Shown one piece after another: positions 46,839 through 56,961 of a stretch of DNA of 64,000 nt. The stretch is taken from assembly GCA_013336225.1 (NCBI GenBank), contig JAAXUC010000003.1:9564-73563 (forward strand). The letters are read 5' to 3'. The DNA is from Candidatus Moraniibacteriota bacterium (GTDB lineage Bacteria > Patescibacteriota > Minisyncoccia > Moranbacterales > GWC2-37-73). The stretch's first letter is position 1. The number at the start of each line of letters is the position of its first letter. A program made the position numbers and the translations under genes. The notes under the pieces are model-generated. The model worked only from the letters and a program-made list of their open reading frames with translations. It did no database searches and was not told the origin of the DNA.

Positions 46839-47267
46839 ATGGCAAAGAAAATTAAAGTAGTTATTAAATTGCAAATCATCGGTGGAAAAGCTAATCCAGC
46901 TCCTCCAGTAGGGCCAGTTTTGGGTCAACACGGGGTGGCCATTCAGGAATTCTGCGTGCGTTTCAATGATCAAACTCGTGACAAGATGGGAGAAGTTGTG
47001 CCATGTGAAATCACTGTCTATGAAGATCGAACATTTGACTTCATCATGAAGACTGCTCCAGCCGCTGAACTTTTGAAGAAAGCTGCAGGTGCTGAAAAAG
47101 GTGCTGCAAATCCTCTTAAGGACAAAGTTGGAAGCGTTGTGACCAAAGCTCAATTGGAAGAAATTGCCAAGACCAAGATGGTTGATTTGAACGCTAATGA
47201 TGTTGAGGGAGCAATGAAGATCGTGGCTGGAACTGCACGTTCAATGGGAATCAAGATTGAAAACTAA
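46839..47267 (+). CDS. rplK: 50S ribosomal protein L11
   Basis: [23 protein letters not shown]. Confidence 0.97.
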   Translation: MAKKIKVVIKLQIIGGKANPAPPVGPVLGQHGVAIQEFCVRFNDQTRDKMGEVVPCEITVYEDRTFDFIMKTAPAAELLKKAAGAEKGAANPLKDKVGSVVTKAQLEEIAKTKMVDLNANDVEGAMKIVAGTARSMGIKIEN

Positions 47268-47274
47268 AGCGAAA

Positions 47275-47388
47275 AAATCCAAAATCCAAATTACAAATGT
47301 CAAATAAAGTTCCAATGACTTAATGACAAAATTTAGATTTAGGATTTCGGATTTTATTTGACATTGAGATTTTAGATTTGAGATTTAT
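47275..47388. repeat. Heptamer-repeat hairpin element between rplK and rplA
   Basis: aaatccaaaatccaaattacaaatgtcaaat ... atttgacattgagattttagatttgagattt arms. Confidence 0.7.
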
Positions 47389-47399
47389 TATTTTTAATA

Positions 47400-47443
47400 T
47401 GTGGGAGAATTCAGTAATTTATTACGTAATTCGTTTAACCACA
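47400..47443 (+). promoter_or_regulatory. Putative ribosomal protein L1 autoregulatory binding site
   Basis: tgtGGGAG-aatt..aatt-cgttTAACCaca, the L1-site pattern, immediately upstream of rplA. Confidence 0.65.
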
Positions 47444-47453
47444 GAATAATTCT

Positions 47454-48131
47454 ATGTTTAGAGGAAAAAAGTACAAGGCAGTTGCCGAAAAAATCGAAAA
47501 GAATAAATTGTACACAATCGAAGAAGCTTTTGCATTGGTGAAAGAAACCAAGACTGCAAAATTTGACGAAGCTGTTGAGGTTCACATCCGATTGGCTGTT
47601 GACCCAAAGAAAGGTGACCAACAAGTTCGCGCTGCTGTTGTCCTTCCACATGGAATCGGCAAGGCTGCCAGAATTGCTGTAATCACTTCAACCAAAGCAA
47701 CTGAAGCCAAAGAGGCTGGTGCTGACTTCGTTGGAGCTGAAGATTTGATTGAAAAAATCAAACTTGGAAAAATGGAAGAAGTCGATGTGATCGTTGCAAG
47801 TCCGGAAATGATGCCGAAACTTGCAGTTGTTGCCAAAATCCTTGGACCCCGTGGGCTTATGCCTTCTCCAAAGACTGAAACAGTGACTGACAAGATCAAG
47901 GAGGCTGTGGAAATGCTTAAAAAAGGAAAGCTTAGTTTCAAGAATGATAACACTGGAAACGTTCACCAAGTGATTGGAAAAGTTTCTTTCGATGCTAAAA
48001 AACTTGAAGAAAACTATGCAACTTTTGCAGACGCAGTTCAAAAGGCTCGTCCAGCTGGAATCAAAGGAAAATATGTGATGTCAATTTCCATCTGCTCAAC
48101 CATGGGACCTGGAATCAAGATCGCATTGTAG
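47454..48131 (+). CDS. rplA: 50S ribosomal protein L1
   Basis: KFDEAVEVH, LPHGIGK, LGPRGLMPSPK, STMGPGI. Confidence 0.97.
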   Translation: MFRGKKYKAVAEKIEKNKLYTIEEAFALVKETKTAKFDEAVEVHIRLAVDPKKGDQQVRAAVVLPHGIGKAARIAVITSTKATEAKEAGADFVGAEDLIEKIKLGKMEEVDVIVASPEMMPKLAVVAKILGPRGLMPSPKTETVTDKIKEAVEMLKKGKLSFKNDNTGNVHQVIGKVSFDAKKLEENYATFADAVQKARPAGIKGKYVMSISICSTMGPGIKIAL

Positions 48132-48147
48132 TTTTTAGAAAATCTTT

Positions 48148-48180
48148 AAAAAAGACGCTTCACAAGAAGCGTCTTTTTTG
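48148..48180 (+). terminator. Intrinsic terminator
   Basis: aaaaagacgcttc-acaa-gaagcgtcttttt. Confidence 0.78.
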
Positions 48181-48310
48181 TGGTCTAATATTTACCCTGT
48201 TAAATTGCTCCGCACCCAGCTTTGCTGGGATTTAGCTGGGTGAACTTTGACGTGATGAATATTGATGAGTATAATAAAGGGACAATGATAATCTTTAAAT
48301 TTGCATAAAT

Positions 48311-48811
48311 ATGACAGAAAAACAAAATCGAATGAGAGAGGGATATTTTGGTTGGGATGAAACTTTTATGCAGATGTGTCGTGTGATTTCAAATCGCTCA
48401 AAAGATCCAACTACGCAAGTTGGCGCTTGTATTGTGAATGATAAAAATATAATTCTGGGGATGGGCTATAATGGATTTCCTCGTGGCTGTAAGGATGCTG
48501 ATTTGACGTGGAACAGGGATGGCAGTTTGTGCGAAACAAAGTATGCATATGTGGTTCATGCTGAAATGAACGCGATATTAAATGCGAATGGACCAACTGA
48601 AGGAGCAAGGTTGTATTGCAAAATGTTTCCTTGTAATGAATGTGCAAAAGTTATTATCCAAGCTGGAATTAAGGAAGTTATTTTCGAAAGCGATGAATAT
48701 AGAAGTAATAGCAATGATGTTAAAGTGGCCGCACATAAAATGCTTGATTTGGCTGGCGTTGTTTGCAAACAATATGTTCCAAAGAATGAACTAATTTTTA
48801 AGGAAAATTAA
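48311..48811 (+). CDS. dCMP deaminase (ComEB family)
   Basis: RSKDP.TQVGACIV, GYNGFPRG, HAE.NA, PCNECAK. Confidence 0.93.
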   Translation: MTEKQNRMREGYFGWDETFMQMCRVISNRSKDPTTQVGACIVNDKNIILGMGYNGFPRGCKDADLTWNRDGSLCETKYAYVVHAEMNAILNANGPTEGARLYCKMFPCNECAKVIIQAGIKEVIFESDEYRSNSNDVKVAAHKMLDLAGVVCKQYVPKNELIFKEN

Positions 48812-48815
48812 AAAC

Positions 48816-49370
48816 ATGGCAAAATTAATCTTGGGAATCACGGGTGAGATGGGAAGCGGGAAAGGCACGATTGCAAAACATGCCTCACTTGAGCACAAGG
48901 CAAGCACAAGGCGCTTTTCAACAATTTTAAGAGATTTGCTTGATCGTGTCTATGTTGAGCAAACCAGAGAAAACATTTCAACCATTTCAACGATCTTGCG
49001 CAAAAATTTCAGTGAAGATATTTTGGCTAAGGCGATGTATCATGACACGGAAAATGACACGCACAAGATTGTGATTGTAGATGGTGTTCGTCGTTTAGCT
49101 GACATTGCCTATTTGCGAGAACTGCCACATTTCAAGCTTGTGTATATTGAAGCCAGTATGGAAAATCGCTATGAGCGCATCGTGAAAAGAGCTGAAAACA
49201 CTGATGATGCTGCCAAAACTTTTGAACAATTCAAAAAAGATCATGAGCTTGAAACCGAACTTCAAATTAGGGATTTGAAAAATTATTCCAATTATGTTGT
49301 GAATAATGACGGCACCTATGCAGATTTGTATGACCAAGTGAACAAAATAATTGCTGAGAATATCGCGTAA
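48816..49370 (+). CDS. P-loop kinase, NMP/dephospho-CoA kinase-like
   Basis: GITGEMGSGKGT, VDGVRR, NNDGT. Confidence 0.75.
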   Translation: MAKLILGITGEMGSGKGTIAKHASLEHKASTRRFSTILRDLLDRVYVEQTRENISTISTILRKNFSEDILAKAMYHDTENDTHKIVIVDGVRRLADIAYLRELPHFKLVYIEASMENRYERIVKRAENTDDAAKTFEQFKKDHELETELQIRDLKNYSNYVVNNDGTYADLYDQVNKIIAENIA

Positions 49371-49395
49371 TATATTTTCTTAATTTTCAATACAT

Positions 49396-50307
49396 ATGAA
49401 GCAGTATTTGGATTTATTGCAACACATTTTGGATAATGGAGTTCAAAAAAGTGACCGCACTGGAGTGGGCACCAAGAGCGTTTTTGGATATCAGATGCGC
49501 TTTGATTTGCAAAAAGGTTTTCCACTTTTGACAACCAAAAAAGTTTTCCTGAAAGGAATCATTCATGAACTCATTTGGTTTTTGAAGGGGGATTCGAACA
49601 TTAAATATTTGGTTGATAATGATGTGCACATTTGGAATGACTGGCCATTTCAGGCATATCTGGAAAAAAACGATTTGGCTGAAAAATTTCCAAAATATTC
49701 AGATGAATGGAAAGCGGAAATGAAAAACTATGTTGAAAAGATCAAAACCAATGAAGCTTTTGCGAAAGCATGGGGAGAACTTGGACCAGTCTATGGTGTG
49801 CAATGGAGACACTGGAGAACAACTGATGGCAAAGAAATTGACCAAGTTGCTCAAATCATTGAGATGATCAAAAAAAATCCAGATTCGCGTCGTATCATTT
49901 TGTCAGCTTGGAACGTGGGGGATATCGACAAAATGGCGCTGCCGCCATGTCATCTGCTTTTTCAATTCAATGTGGCCAATGGGAAACTTTCTTGCCAGCT
50001 CTATCAACGAAGCGCAGACACCTTGCTTGGAGTTCCGTTTAACATTGCTTCCTATGCGCTGCTGACCATGATGATTGCGCAAGCTTGCGGACTGGAGGCT
50101 GGAGAATTTGTGCACACCTTGGGCGACGCACATATTTATAATTTTCATTTTGACCAAGTGGCTGAGCAGCTTTCTCGCGACACACGCGAGCTGCCAACGA
50201 TGAAAATAAATCCCGAAGTGAAAGATATTTTTGATTTTAAATATGAAGATTTTGTTTTGGAGAATTATGATCCGCATCCGGCCATCAAGGCGCCAATTGC
50301 AGTTTAG
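49396..50307 (+). CDS. thyA: Thymidylate synthase
   Basis: [43 protein letters not shown]. Confidence 0.97.
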   Translation: MKQYLDLLQHILDNGVQKSDRTGVGTKSVFGYQMRFDLQKGFPLLTTKKVFLKGIIHELIWFLKGDSNIKYLVDNDVHIWNDWPFQAYLEKNDLAEKFPKYSDEWKAEMKNYVEKIKTNEAFAKAWGELGPVYGVQWRHWRTTDGKEIDQVAQIIEMIKKNPDSRRIILSAWNVGDIDKMALPPCHLLFQFNVANGKLSCQLYQRSADTLLGVPFNIASYALLTMMIAQACGLEAGEFVHTLGDAHIYNFHFDQVAEQLSRDTRELPTMKINPEVKDIFDFKYEDFVLENYDPHPAIKAPIAV

Positions 50308-50332
50308 CAGTAAATTAATTAAATTCAGGTTG

Positions 50333-50402
50333 TGTCATTCCCTTGAAAAAGGGAATCTAGGCCCGCATTAGAACCTGGATTCCCGCCTCCGCGGGAATGA
50401 CA
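50333..50402. repeat. dRS3-like paired palindromic repeat (ATTCCC-N8-GGGAAT x2)
   Basis: tgtcATTCCCttgaaaaaGGGAATc ... gATTCCCgcctccgcGGGAATgaca. Confidence 0.8.
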
Positions 50403-50441
50403 AAGTGGGATTTATTTATTTGAAATTTTTAAAAATAAATC

Positions 50442-50927
50442 ATGAACAATCCAAAAATCAGTATCATTTGTGCGATTGCAGAAAATAGAGCCATTGGAAA
50501 AAACAATGACCTGCTTTGGCATATCAAGGAAGATTTCAAATTTTTCAAAGAAAAAACGACTGGACATGTTATTGTGATGGGGCAAAAAACTTTTGAATCA
50601 ATTGGAAAACCTCTGCCAAATCGCACGACCATTGTGCTCTCCAATGATCCGACATTCAATGTTGAAGGCGTCATTGTGGCTCGCACATTTGATGAAGTTT
50701 TTGTCAAAGCGCGCGAAATTGAAAAAGAAGAAGTTTTCATTTGCGGCGGCGGTAGTGTCTATGCGCAGACGATCGGCATGGCTGATAAATTATATCTGAC
50801 AGTGGTGAAAGGTGATTTTGATGCAGATGTCTTTTTTCCGGAATATGGAGAGTTCACAAAAGTTGTCAGTGAAAGAAAAAGTTCAGATGAAAATTTCAAA
50901 TATTCATTTTTAGAATTAGAAAGATAG
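50442..50927 (+). CDS. folA: Dihydrofolate reductase
   Basis: IGKNNDLLW...EDF..F, VMGQKTFESIGKPLPNR, GGG.VY. Confidence 0.95.
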   Translation: MNNPKISIICAIAENRAIGKNNDLLWHIKEDFKFFKEKTTGHVIVMGQKTFESIGKPLPNRTTIVLSNDPTFNVEGVIVARTFDEVFVKAREIEKEEVFICGGGSVYAQTIGMADKLYLTVVKGDFDADVFFPEYGEFTKVVSERKSSDENFKYSFLELER

Positions 50928-50929
50928 AT

Positions 50930-51526
50930 ATGGAAAAAGGAAAATTTATTGCGATTTATGGAATTAATGGAATTGGGAAAACTACCCAGGTTGAATTGCT
51001 GGTGGAATATTTGAAAAAACAAGGCAAGAATGCTTCACGCTTGAAATATCCGGTGTATGACTTGGAACCAGAAGGACCTTTTATTTATTCCTATTTGCGC
51101 GATGTTGAATTTCGCAAAAATAATGAGCTTTCAACGCATAAATTGCAAAAGAAATATGCGGAAAATCGCATGCGTTATGAACCAATTTTGCGAGAGCGCT
51201 TGAAAAATGGGGAATGGATTGTGGCTGAGGATTATACGGGCACAGGAATTTCTTGGGGGCTGACTTGGGGTGGAAAACTTGAATATGTTGAGGATATTAA
51301 CGAGGATTTGCTGAAGCCAGATTTGGAGATTCTCATGAACGGACCAAGATTCTTGAGTGCGATAGAAAAAGATCATCGCAATGAAATGGATAGTGAACGG
51401 ATTGAGATTTGCAAGAATTTTCACTTCTTGCTCTCAGATCGTTATGGTTGGACAAAGGTGAATGCAAAACAGAAGATTGCAAAAGTGCAAGAAGATATCA
51501 TCAAGGAGATTGAAAAGATAATGTAA
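50930..51526 (+). CDS. tmk: Thymidylate kinase-like protein, divergent
   Basis: GKFIAIYGINGIGKTTQ, KYP, KPDL; DRY motif replaced by EDY. Confidence 0.75.
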   Translation: MEKGKFIAIYGINGIGKTTQVELLVEYLKKQGKNASRLKYPVYDLEPEGPFIYSYLRDVEFRKNNELSTHKLQKKYAENRMRYEPILRERLKNGEWIVAEDYTGTGISWGLTWGGKLEYVEDINEDLLKPDLEILMNGPRFLSAIEKDHRNEMDSERIEICKNFHFLLSDRYGWTKVNAKQKIAKVQEDIIKEIEKIM

Positions 51527-51534
51527 ATGTGATT

Positions 51535-51960
51535 ATGAAAATTCAAATTAAAAAACTTCATCCTGATGCGAAAATTCCAAAGTTCGCACTTGCCGGTGAC
51601 GTCGGAATGGATTTATATTCCGTGGCTGATATTATCATTAAGCCAGGTGAGCGAGCTTCATGTCCAACTGGAATTGCGATCAAAATTCCCAGTGGTTATG
51701 CTGCGCTGATTTGGGATAAGAGTGGCCCATCGCACAAAGCTGGAATTAAGACACTTGGCGGAGTTATTGATAGTAATTATGTTGGAGAGTGGCTTGTTGG
51801 CCTTGTTAATTTGGGGCAAGACGCTTATGCTATAGAAAGTGGTCAAAAGATTGCACAGGTATTGATTCAAAAAATTGAACAGCCTGAAATTGAAGAAGTG
51901 GAAGAATTGGAGCAGACAAATCGTGGTAATGGTGGATTTGGTAGTACGGGGATAAAATAA
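51535..51960 (+). CDS. dut: dUTP diphosphatase (trimeric)
   Basis: GMDL, TGI, KSG, GVIDSNY.GE, KIAQ, RGNGGFGSTG. Confidence 0.95.
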   Translation: MKIQIKKLHPDAKIPKFALAGDVGMDLYSVADIIIKPGERASCPTGIAIKIPSGYAALIWDKSGPSHKAGIKTLGGVIDSNYVGEWLVGLVNLGQDAYAIESGQKIAQVLIQKIEQPEIEEVEELEQTNRGNGGFGSTGIK

Positions 51961-51979
51961 AACATTATTTTTTGTCATT

Positions 51980-52309
51980 ATGGATTTTAACGAATATCAA
52001 AAAGAAACACGCAAAACTGCCATTTATCCAGGGCTTGGAAGTAATTTTTCTTTTCCGATGATTGGATTGGCTGGAGAAACAGGTGAAGTGGCTGAAAAGA
52101 TCAAGAAAATTATTAGAGATAAAAATGGGGTTGTTGATGAGGAGGCTCGCCGAGAAGTTGAAAAAGAATTGGGTGACGTGCTTTGGTATTTGGCGCAGCT
52201 GGCCACAGAATTAGATATAGCCTTGGAGGATGTGGTTTCTCGTAATTTGGAAAAAATTGTCAGCAGGAAAGAGCGCGACATGATTCATGGAGATGGAGAT
52301 AATCGCTAG
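51980..52309 (+). CDS. MazG-like nucleotide pyrophosphohydrolase
   Basis: GLAGETGEVAEKIKK, KELGDVLWY, N..K...R. Confidence 0.9.
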   Translation: MDFNEYQKETRKTAIYPGLGSNFSFPMIGLAGETGEVAEKIKKIIRDKNGVVDEEARREVEKELGDVLWYLAQLATELDIALEDVVSRNLEKIVSRKERDMIHGDGDNR

Positions 52310-52374
52310 TATGAAATTTGAGCGTTAACAACAATTTGTTAATGCGTTAATTCGTTAATAGTTTAATAAAAAAT

Positions 52375-53862
52375 ATGGCAACTAAATATATTCCAGTTAT
52401 CGGTATGGAAGTTCATGTGGAGCTCAAAACTCATTCTAAGATGTTTTGCAATTCCAAGAATGGACTTGGCCATGAAAAACAACCCAACATTCATATTTGT
52501 CCAGTTTGCACCGCGCAGCCTGGAACTTTGCCAGTGCCAAATGCTCAGGCCATTGAATTTGTGCAGTTGGCTGGCTTGGCTCTGAATTGTGAGCTCAATT
52601 TAAAATCAAAATTTGATCGTAAGAACTATTTTTATCCTGATCTGCCGAAAGGTTATCAGATTTCGCAATTCGACCAGCCTCTTTGCGGATTGGGTCATAT
52701 GGACATTTTGACCGCCGATGGGGTAGAAAAGCACATTGGAGTGACTCGCATTCATCTTGAGGAGGACACAGGCAAGCTTATTCATCCAGGGGGCGTCGAT
52801 TATACTCTAGTGGACTATAATCGCGCTGGAGTGCCCCTTATGGAGCTTGTGACGGAACCTGACATTGAAAATGGGGAGCAAGCTCGGATATTTTGCACCC
52901 GCCTTCAGCAAATTTGCCGCTATTTGGGCATTTCTGACGCTGACATGGAAAAGGGCAACATGCGCTGCGAGGTTAATTTGTCACTTCATAAGGAAGGAGA
53001 GCCAAAATTGAGCGGAACCAAAGTTGAAGTGAAAAACATCAATTCTTTCAGGTTTGTGGAAAAAGCGATCAATTATGAAATTGAGCGTCAGACTGAAGCT
53101 TTGGAAAATGGGGAGAAAATCATTCAAGAAACTCGTGGTTGGGATAGTGTGAAAAATGTGACTGTGTCGCAGCGCAAAAAAGAATCAGCGCATGATTATC
53201 GCTATTTCCCAGAACCAGACATTCCACCAATGGAATTCACCAAAGAATATGTTGATCAATTGAGACACAAACTTCCGGAGCTTCCTGCTGCCAAGGAGGA
53301 AAGATTTACCAAGGAATATGGTTTGAATGTTGCTGACATTTTGGTGCTGACTGCCGAAGTTGATTTGGCGCAGTATTTTGAAAATGTGATCAGTGAGGTC
53401 AAGGAAAAAATGTCTGCACATGAAATTGCTGCTAGTGAAGAAAAGGTGATCAAATTGGCCGTGAACTATATCATCTCAGAAGTGCGCAAGCATTTGGCTG
53501 AAAACAATCATGACATTCGCGACATCAAAATTTCAGCTGAAAACTATGCTGAGTTCATTGGCATTGTGGCTGACGGGAAAATAAATTCCTCAGCGGCGCA
53601 AGTTGTGCTCAAGGAAATGTATCACACTGGTGGCGACCCATCGCAAATCATTGAAGAAAAAAATCTTGGACAGATGGATGATTCTGTGCAATTGGAAGAA
53701 GTCGTCAATAAAGTTCTGGGTGCCAATCAACAATCAGTTGATGATTTCAAGGCTGGCAAAGACAATGCTCTCAAATTCTTAATGGGGCAAGTCATGAAGG
53801 AATCTGGCGGCAAAGCCAATCCGCAAGTGGTGATGGAATTATTGAAAAAAAAATTAGTTTAA
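52375..53862 (+). CDS. gatB: Asp/Glu-tRNA amidotransferase subunit B
   Basis: IGMEVHVEL, FDRKNYFYPDLPKGYQISQ, HLEEDTGK, DYRYFPEPD. Confidence 0.97.
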   Translation: MATKYIPVIGMEVHVELKTHSKMFCNSKNGLGHEKQPNIHICPVCTAQPGTLPVPNAQAIEFVQLAGLALNCELNLKSKFDRKNYFYPDLPKGYQISQFDQPLCGLGHMDILTADGVEKHIGVTRIHLEEDTGKLIHPGGVDYTLVDYNRAGVPLMELVTEPDIENGEQARIFCTRLQQICRYLGISDADMEKGNMRCEVNLSLHKEGEPKLSGTKVEVKNINSFRFVEKAINYEIERQTEALENGEKIIQETRGWDSVKNVTVSQRKKESAHDYRYFPEPDIPPMEFTKEYVDQLRHKLPELPAAKEERFTKEYGLNVADILVLTAEVDLAQYFENVISEVKEKMSAHEIAASEEKVIKLAVNYIISEVRKHLAENNHDIRDIKISAENYAEFIGIVADGKINSSAAQVVLKEMYHTGGDPSQIIEEKNLGQMDDSVQLEEVVNKVLGANQQSVDDFKAGKDNALKFLMGQVMKESGGKANPQVVMELLKKKLV

Positions 53863-53892
53863 ATATAATATAATTCGTTTAATCAAAAAAAT

Positions 53893-54354
53893 ATGCCAAT
53901 AGAAGATTATATGTATGGCAAGGTTTCACCGGTGAAGAATAAGAAAGGTGAGAATGATATCTCAAAAGATGAGGCCAAAAAGGCTACCGGAGCACTGCAT
54001 AAAGAAATTATCAGCAAGGAAAGAATTGCTTCAAAATCGTTCAGGATTGAGCCTGTAACTGAGCATCATCAAAAATTTTTGGACAAAAATTTCGAAGATG
54101 CCTTAACTCAGCTCGCAAAAGATTTTGAGAAAATAAAAGAAGCAAAAAGAGATCTTGATATAAATGATGAAGAAAAAAAGTTAAGAGCTCTCACTTATGA
54201 TATGAGTGTCAGGAGTTTTGAAGAACGCTTAGTGAATCTGCAACTAATGAATAAGGAAAATGGCAATCAATTCTCGGAGGGACTCTCTAATGTTGCAGAG
54301 GGATTTAAGGATCTTATGGAAGAGACTGAATCAGACATTGAGATGCGAGCATAA
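53893..54354 (+). CDS. Hypothetical charged, helical protein
   Basis: 153-aa ORF directly after gatB, followed by a terminator. Confidence 0.6.
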   Translation: MPIEDYMYGKVSPVKNKKGENDISKDEAKKATGALHKEIISKERIASKSFRIEPVTEHHQKFLDKNFEDALTQLAKDFEKIKEAKRDLDINDEEKKLRALTYDMSVRSFEERLVNLQLMNKENGNQFSEGLSNVAEGFKDLMEETESDIEMRA

Positions 54355-54402
54355 GCGTATTTTATTGCAAAGTAAAAAGGCGTACCATGATTGGTGCGCC
54401 TT

Positions 54403-54771
54403 TTATTGTAATTTAAATTCTTTTGAAAGTATCCTGCCACCAGCTTGCATGTAAAATGTTACATGGGTGGCATTAATTAAAGGTACGTCGCTTTTGATTG
54501 GAATCACCAATAAATGTCTCTCATTTGCTGCCATTATTTTTTCAAAAAATGAACATTTTGCGTTGATTAGCATGGTTGCAATTCCTGCTTCAAGAATTGT
54601 GCCACTGTTGTTGGTGAATTTCAGCACAACTCCATGTATCAATGAAATTGCATTTGCTGCGGGGTGCAGTTCAATTGAAATACTTTGTTCTCCCTTGGAA
54701 TCGACATCTATGCTAACATTTTGGCATTTTCCAATAGTGCTCGCAAAGAATGCTGCCGCTGAGCTTCCCAT
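54403..54771 (-). CDS. Hypothetical protein
   Basis: AAGGAGG SD before ATG 54771, TTGACA upstream; 3' end meets a bidirectional hairpin at ~54374-54405. Confidence 0.6.
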   Translation of the reverse strand: MGSSAAAFFASTIGKCQNVSIDVDSKGEQSISIELHPAANAISLIHGVVLKFTNNSGTILEAGIATMLINAKCSFFEKIMAANERHLLVIPIKSDVPLINATHVTFYMQAGGRILSKEFKLQ

Positions 54772-55136
54772 GTTAGTCGCCTCCTTTTTGAAAGAACCGT
54801 ATTTTTATGCTGACTTATATTTGTAGCAATTATAGCTGTTTTTGTCAATAAAACGTTGAAATTGAGGAGTGCATAACTTTGCTTGAGCCATTTTGCGGCC
54901 AGGTGTATAATATATTTAATGGGTAAAAAAATACAAGGAAAATTTGAATATTCATCTCAAAAGAATGTGATTTAGAAATCGCCAGTAATGGTGATTTTTT
55001 TTTATTGACTTTCAAAATCTGGGATTTTGTCTAGGCAATAATATCCGAAGGATGAAGGAAAAAATGGTTCTTTCAAAAAAAAGAAGTCAAATCAAATGTA
55101 CCGAATACTGTGATATTCGGGAAGGGGAGGCTTGTC

Positions 55137-55370
55137 ATGAGAATAGAAATGAGCACAAAAAGGGAATTCTTGCTTTGCGCTAGTTGTTCGAAGTTGTATT
55201 TTTCCATTCAATGTGGCTCCGATTGCTTAACTTGCAAAGTCAAAGCACCTTGCTTAGAAGAGATGAATAGTGACAATAGAAGGTTGTTTGGGCATTGCCA
55301 GGAATGTTTTGAAAGGATGCGCATTCATGGGCATCAGCAAAAATTCGTGGCTCGTTCGATGGCTGCCTAG
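55137..55370 (+). CDS. Small Cys-rich hypothetical protein, possible Zn/Fe binder
   Basis: GGGAGG SD; CASC, CGSDCLTC....PC, CQEC; terminator at ~55378-55402. Confidence 0.55.
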   Translation: MRIEMSTKREFLLCASCSKLYFSIQCGSDCLTCKVKAPCLEEMNSDNRRLFGHCQECFERMRIHGHQQKFVARSMAA

Positions 55371-55417
55371 AAAAAATGAGCTGACATGAAACATGTCAGC
55401 TCTAATTTTTTTTGAAA

Positions 55418-56359
55418 TCATTTTTTCAAAAATTTTGCAACTTCGTTTTCAATCCCCGAATAATTCTCAATCCAAATAATTTCTTTGTTTCGCTTGAGCC
55501 AGGTCATTTGACGCTTGGCATAGTGAATGATGTCGAAATATAGCTTCTCACGCATTTCCTTTTCCGAAATTTGATCTTGCAAAAAGCGTGAAACCCAGCG
55601 ATATTCCAAGCCGATGCGTTCCATCCATTGCCAAGTCGTGCCATTTTCGTGAAGGCTTTGAACTTCAGTAATCATGCCTTCATCGAAACGCTCATCAAGG
55701 CGTTTTTGAATTTTTTCGTTCAATTCTTTTCGTTCAATTTTTATTCCAATTTGCAAGAAGTTATATTCCTTATTTGATGCTCCATGCTCCATGCTCCATG
55801 TCTTGTGATTGGGCACCTTGCCAATTGCTTTGCAAATTTCAATTGCGCGCACGAGACGCACTTTGTTTTTGCTGTCGATATTATTGGCGCGCTCTGGGTC
55901 AAGTTTTTGCAATTGTAAAAAAAGCTCTTCCAGACTTTGTTTTTCAAGAATTTCTCGTAGTTCAGGATCGGGTGCAACTTCTGGAATGCTGACATTTTTG
56001 ACTACTGCATCAATCCAAAATCCTGTGCCGCCGCAAATGATTGGAACTTTTCCTTTGCCAAGAATTTCAACAATGGCTTTTTCGGCTAATGTTTTGAAGT
56101 GCGAAACATTGAAATCCTCCATCGGATCAGCCACATCAATCAAATGATGAGGAATTTTTTCTGATAAAAATACCTCACGCTTCATGCTCCATATTCCAGG
56201 AACCTTGCCCGTCCCAATGTTCATTTTGCGATAAACTTGTCGGCTATCGGCAGAAATAATTTCACCATTGAATTTCTTGGCAAGTTCAAGAGCCGCACTG
56301 GATTTTCCAGAGGATGTTGGTCCCATGACAACTATTATTTTTGATACTTGTTTTTGCAT
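55418..56359 (-). CDS. miaA: tRNA dimethylallyltransferase
   Basis: GPTSSGKS, ISADSRQVY, IGTGK, HHLID, GGTGFW, YAKRQMTW; start at ATG 56359. Confidence 0.95.
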   Translation of the reverse strand: MQKQVSKIIVVMGPTSSGKSSAALELAKKFNGEIISADSRQVYRKMNIGTGKVPGIWSMKREVFLSEKIPHHLIDVADPMEDFNVSHFKTLAEKAIVEILGKGKVPIICGGTGFWIDAVVKNVSIPEVAPDPELREILEKQSLEELFLQLQKLDPERANNIDSKNKVRLVRAIEICKAIGKVPNHKTWSMEHGASNKEYNFLQIGIKIERKELNEKIQKRLDERFDEGMITEVQSLHENGTTWQWMERIGLEYRWVSRFLQDQISEKEMREKLYFDIIHYAKRQMTWLKRNKEIIWIENYSGIENEVAKFLKK

Positions 56360-56450
56360 TACTTTGGAGTATACTATAAAAAAGGTAAAAAAAGCAATAA
56401 GTATGAGTAGTTCTTTATGTATCAAAAATAAAACAGGAGGTTGGTGCGCA

Positions 56451-56837
56451 ATGAAAAAAATATTAGTGGTTGATGATGAAGAAAATATTAGATTTATCAT
56501 GAGCTTGCTTTTAAGCAAAACGCAACTTTTCACGGTTTTATTGGCGAAAAATGGCAATGAGGCATTAGAGATTATAGATGAAAACAAGGACATTCGTTGT
56601 GTAATTTCGGATATTATGATGCCTGAAATGGGTGGCATTCAACTGTATCAACATTTGAAATGTCACAATGTGGACATCCCATTCATATTTATGAGTGGCT
56701 ATAATGAATCAGGGGATGCTGAAATTATCAATGAAAATAATTTGATTTTTTTTACAAAACCGTTTTCATTTAATAACATCCTTAAGGAGGTGGAAAAATT
56801 GATTTTTGAGCAGGATGTTGAAGTAGTTTTGGTTTGA
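56451..56837 (+). CDS. Single-domain response regulator
   Basis: AGGAGG SD; ILVVDDE, ISDIMMPEMGG, FMSG, KPF. Confidence 0.88.
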   Translation: MKKILVVDDEENIRFIMSLLLSKTQLFTVLLAKNGNEALEIIDENKDIRCVISDIMMPEMGGIQLYQHLKCHNVDIPFIFMSGYNESGDAEIINENNLIFFTKPFSFNNILKEVEKLIFEQDVEVVLV

Positions 56838-56961
56838 TTGTAGATTTTTTTTAAGCGTTTTTCCAAATGAAAAAACGCTTTTTTTATGCTTGCTTTCTTG
56901 TTTTTTTGTAGTATACTGCGCTAATTGGATATATTGGTTCTTTAAAAAAAAGGGGGGTGCT

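Noticed and set aside
56360-56638. N-terminal extensions in the ORF track for miaA (56638), thrS (61523), elp3 (40074) and the receiver gene (56268)
   Set aside because: The extensions run through repeat elements or overlap divergent genes; homology begins at the downstream ATGs used here.
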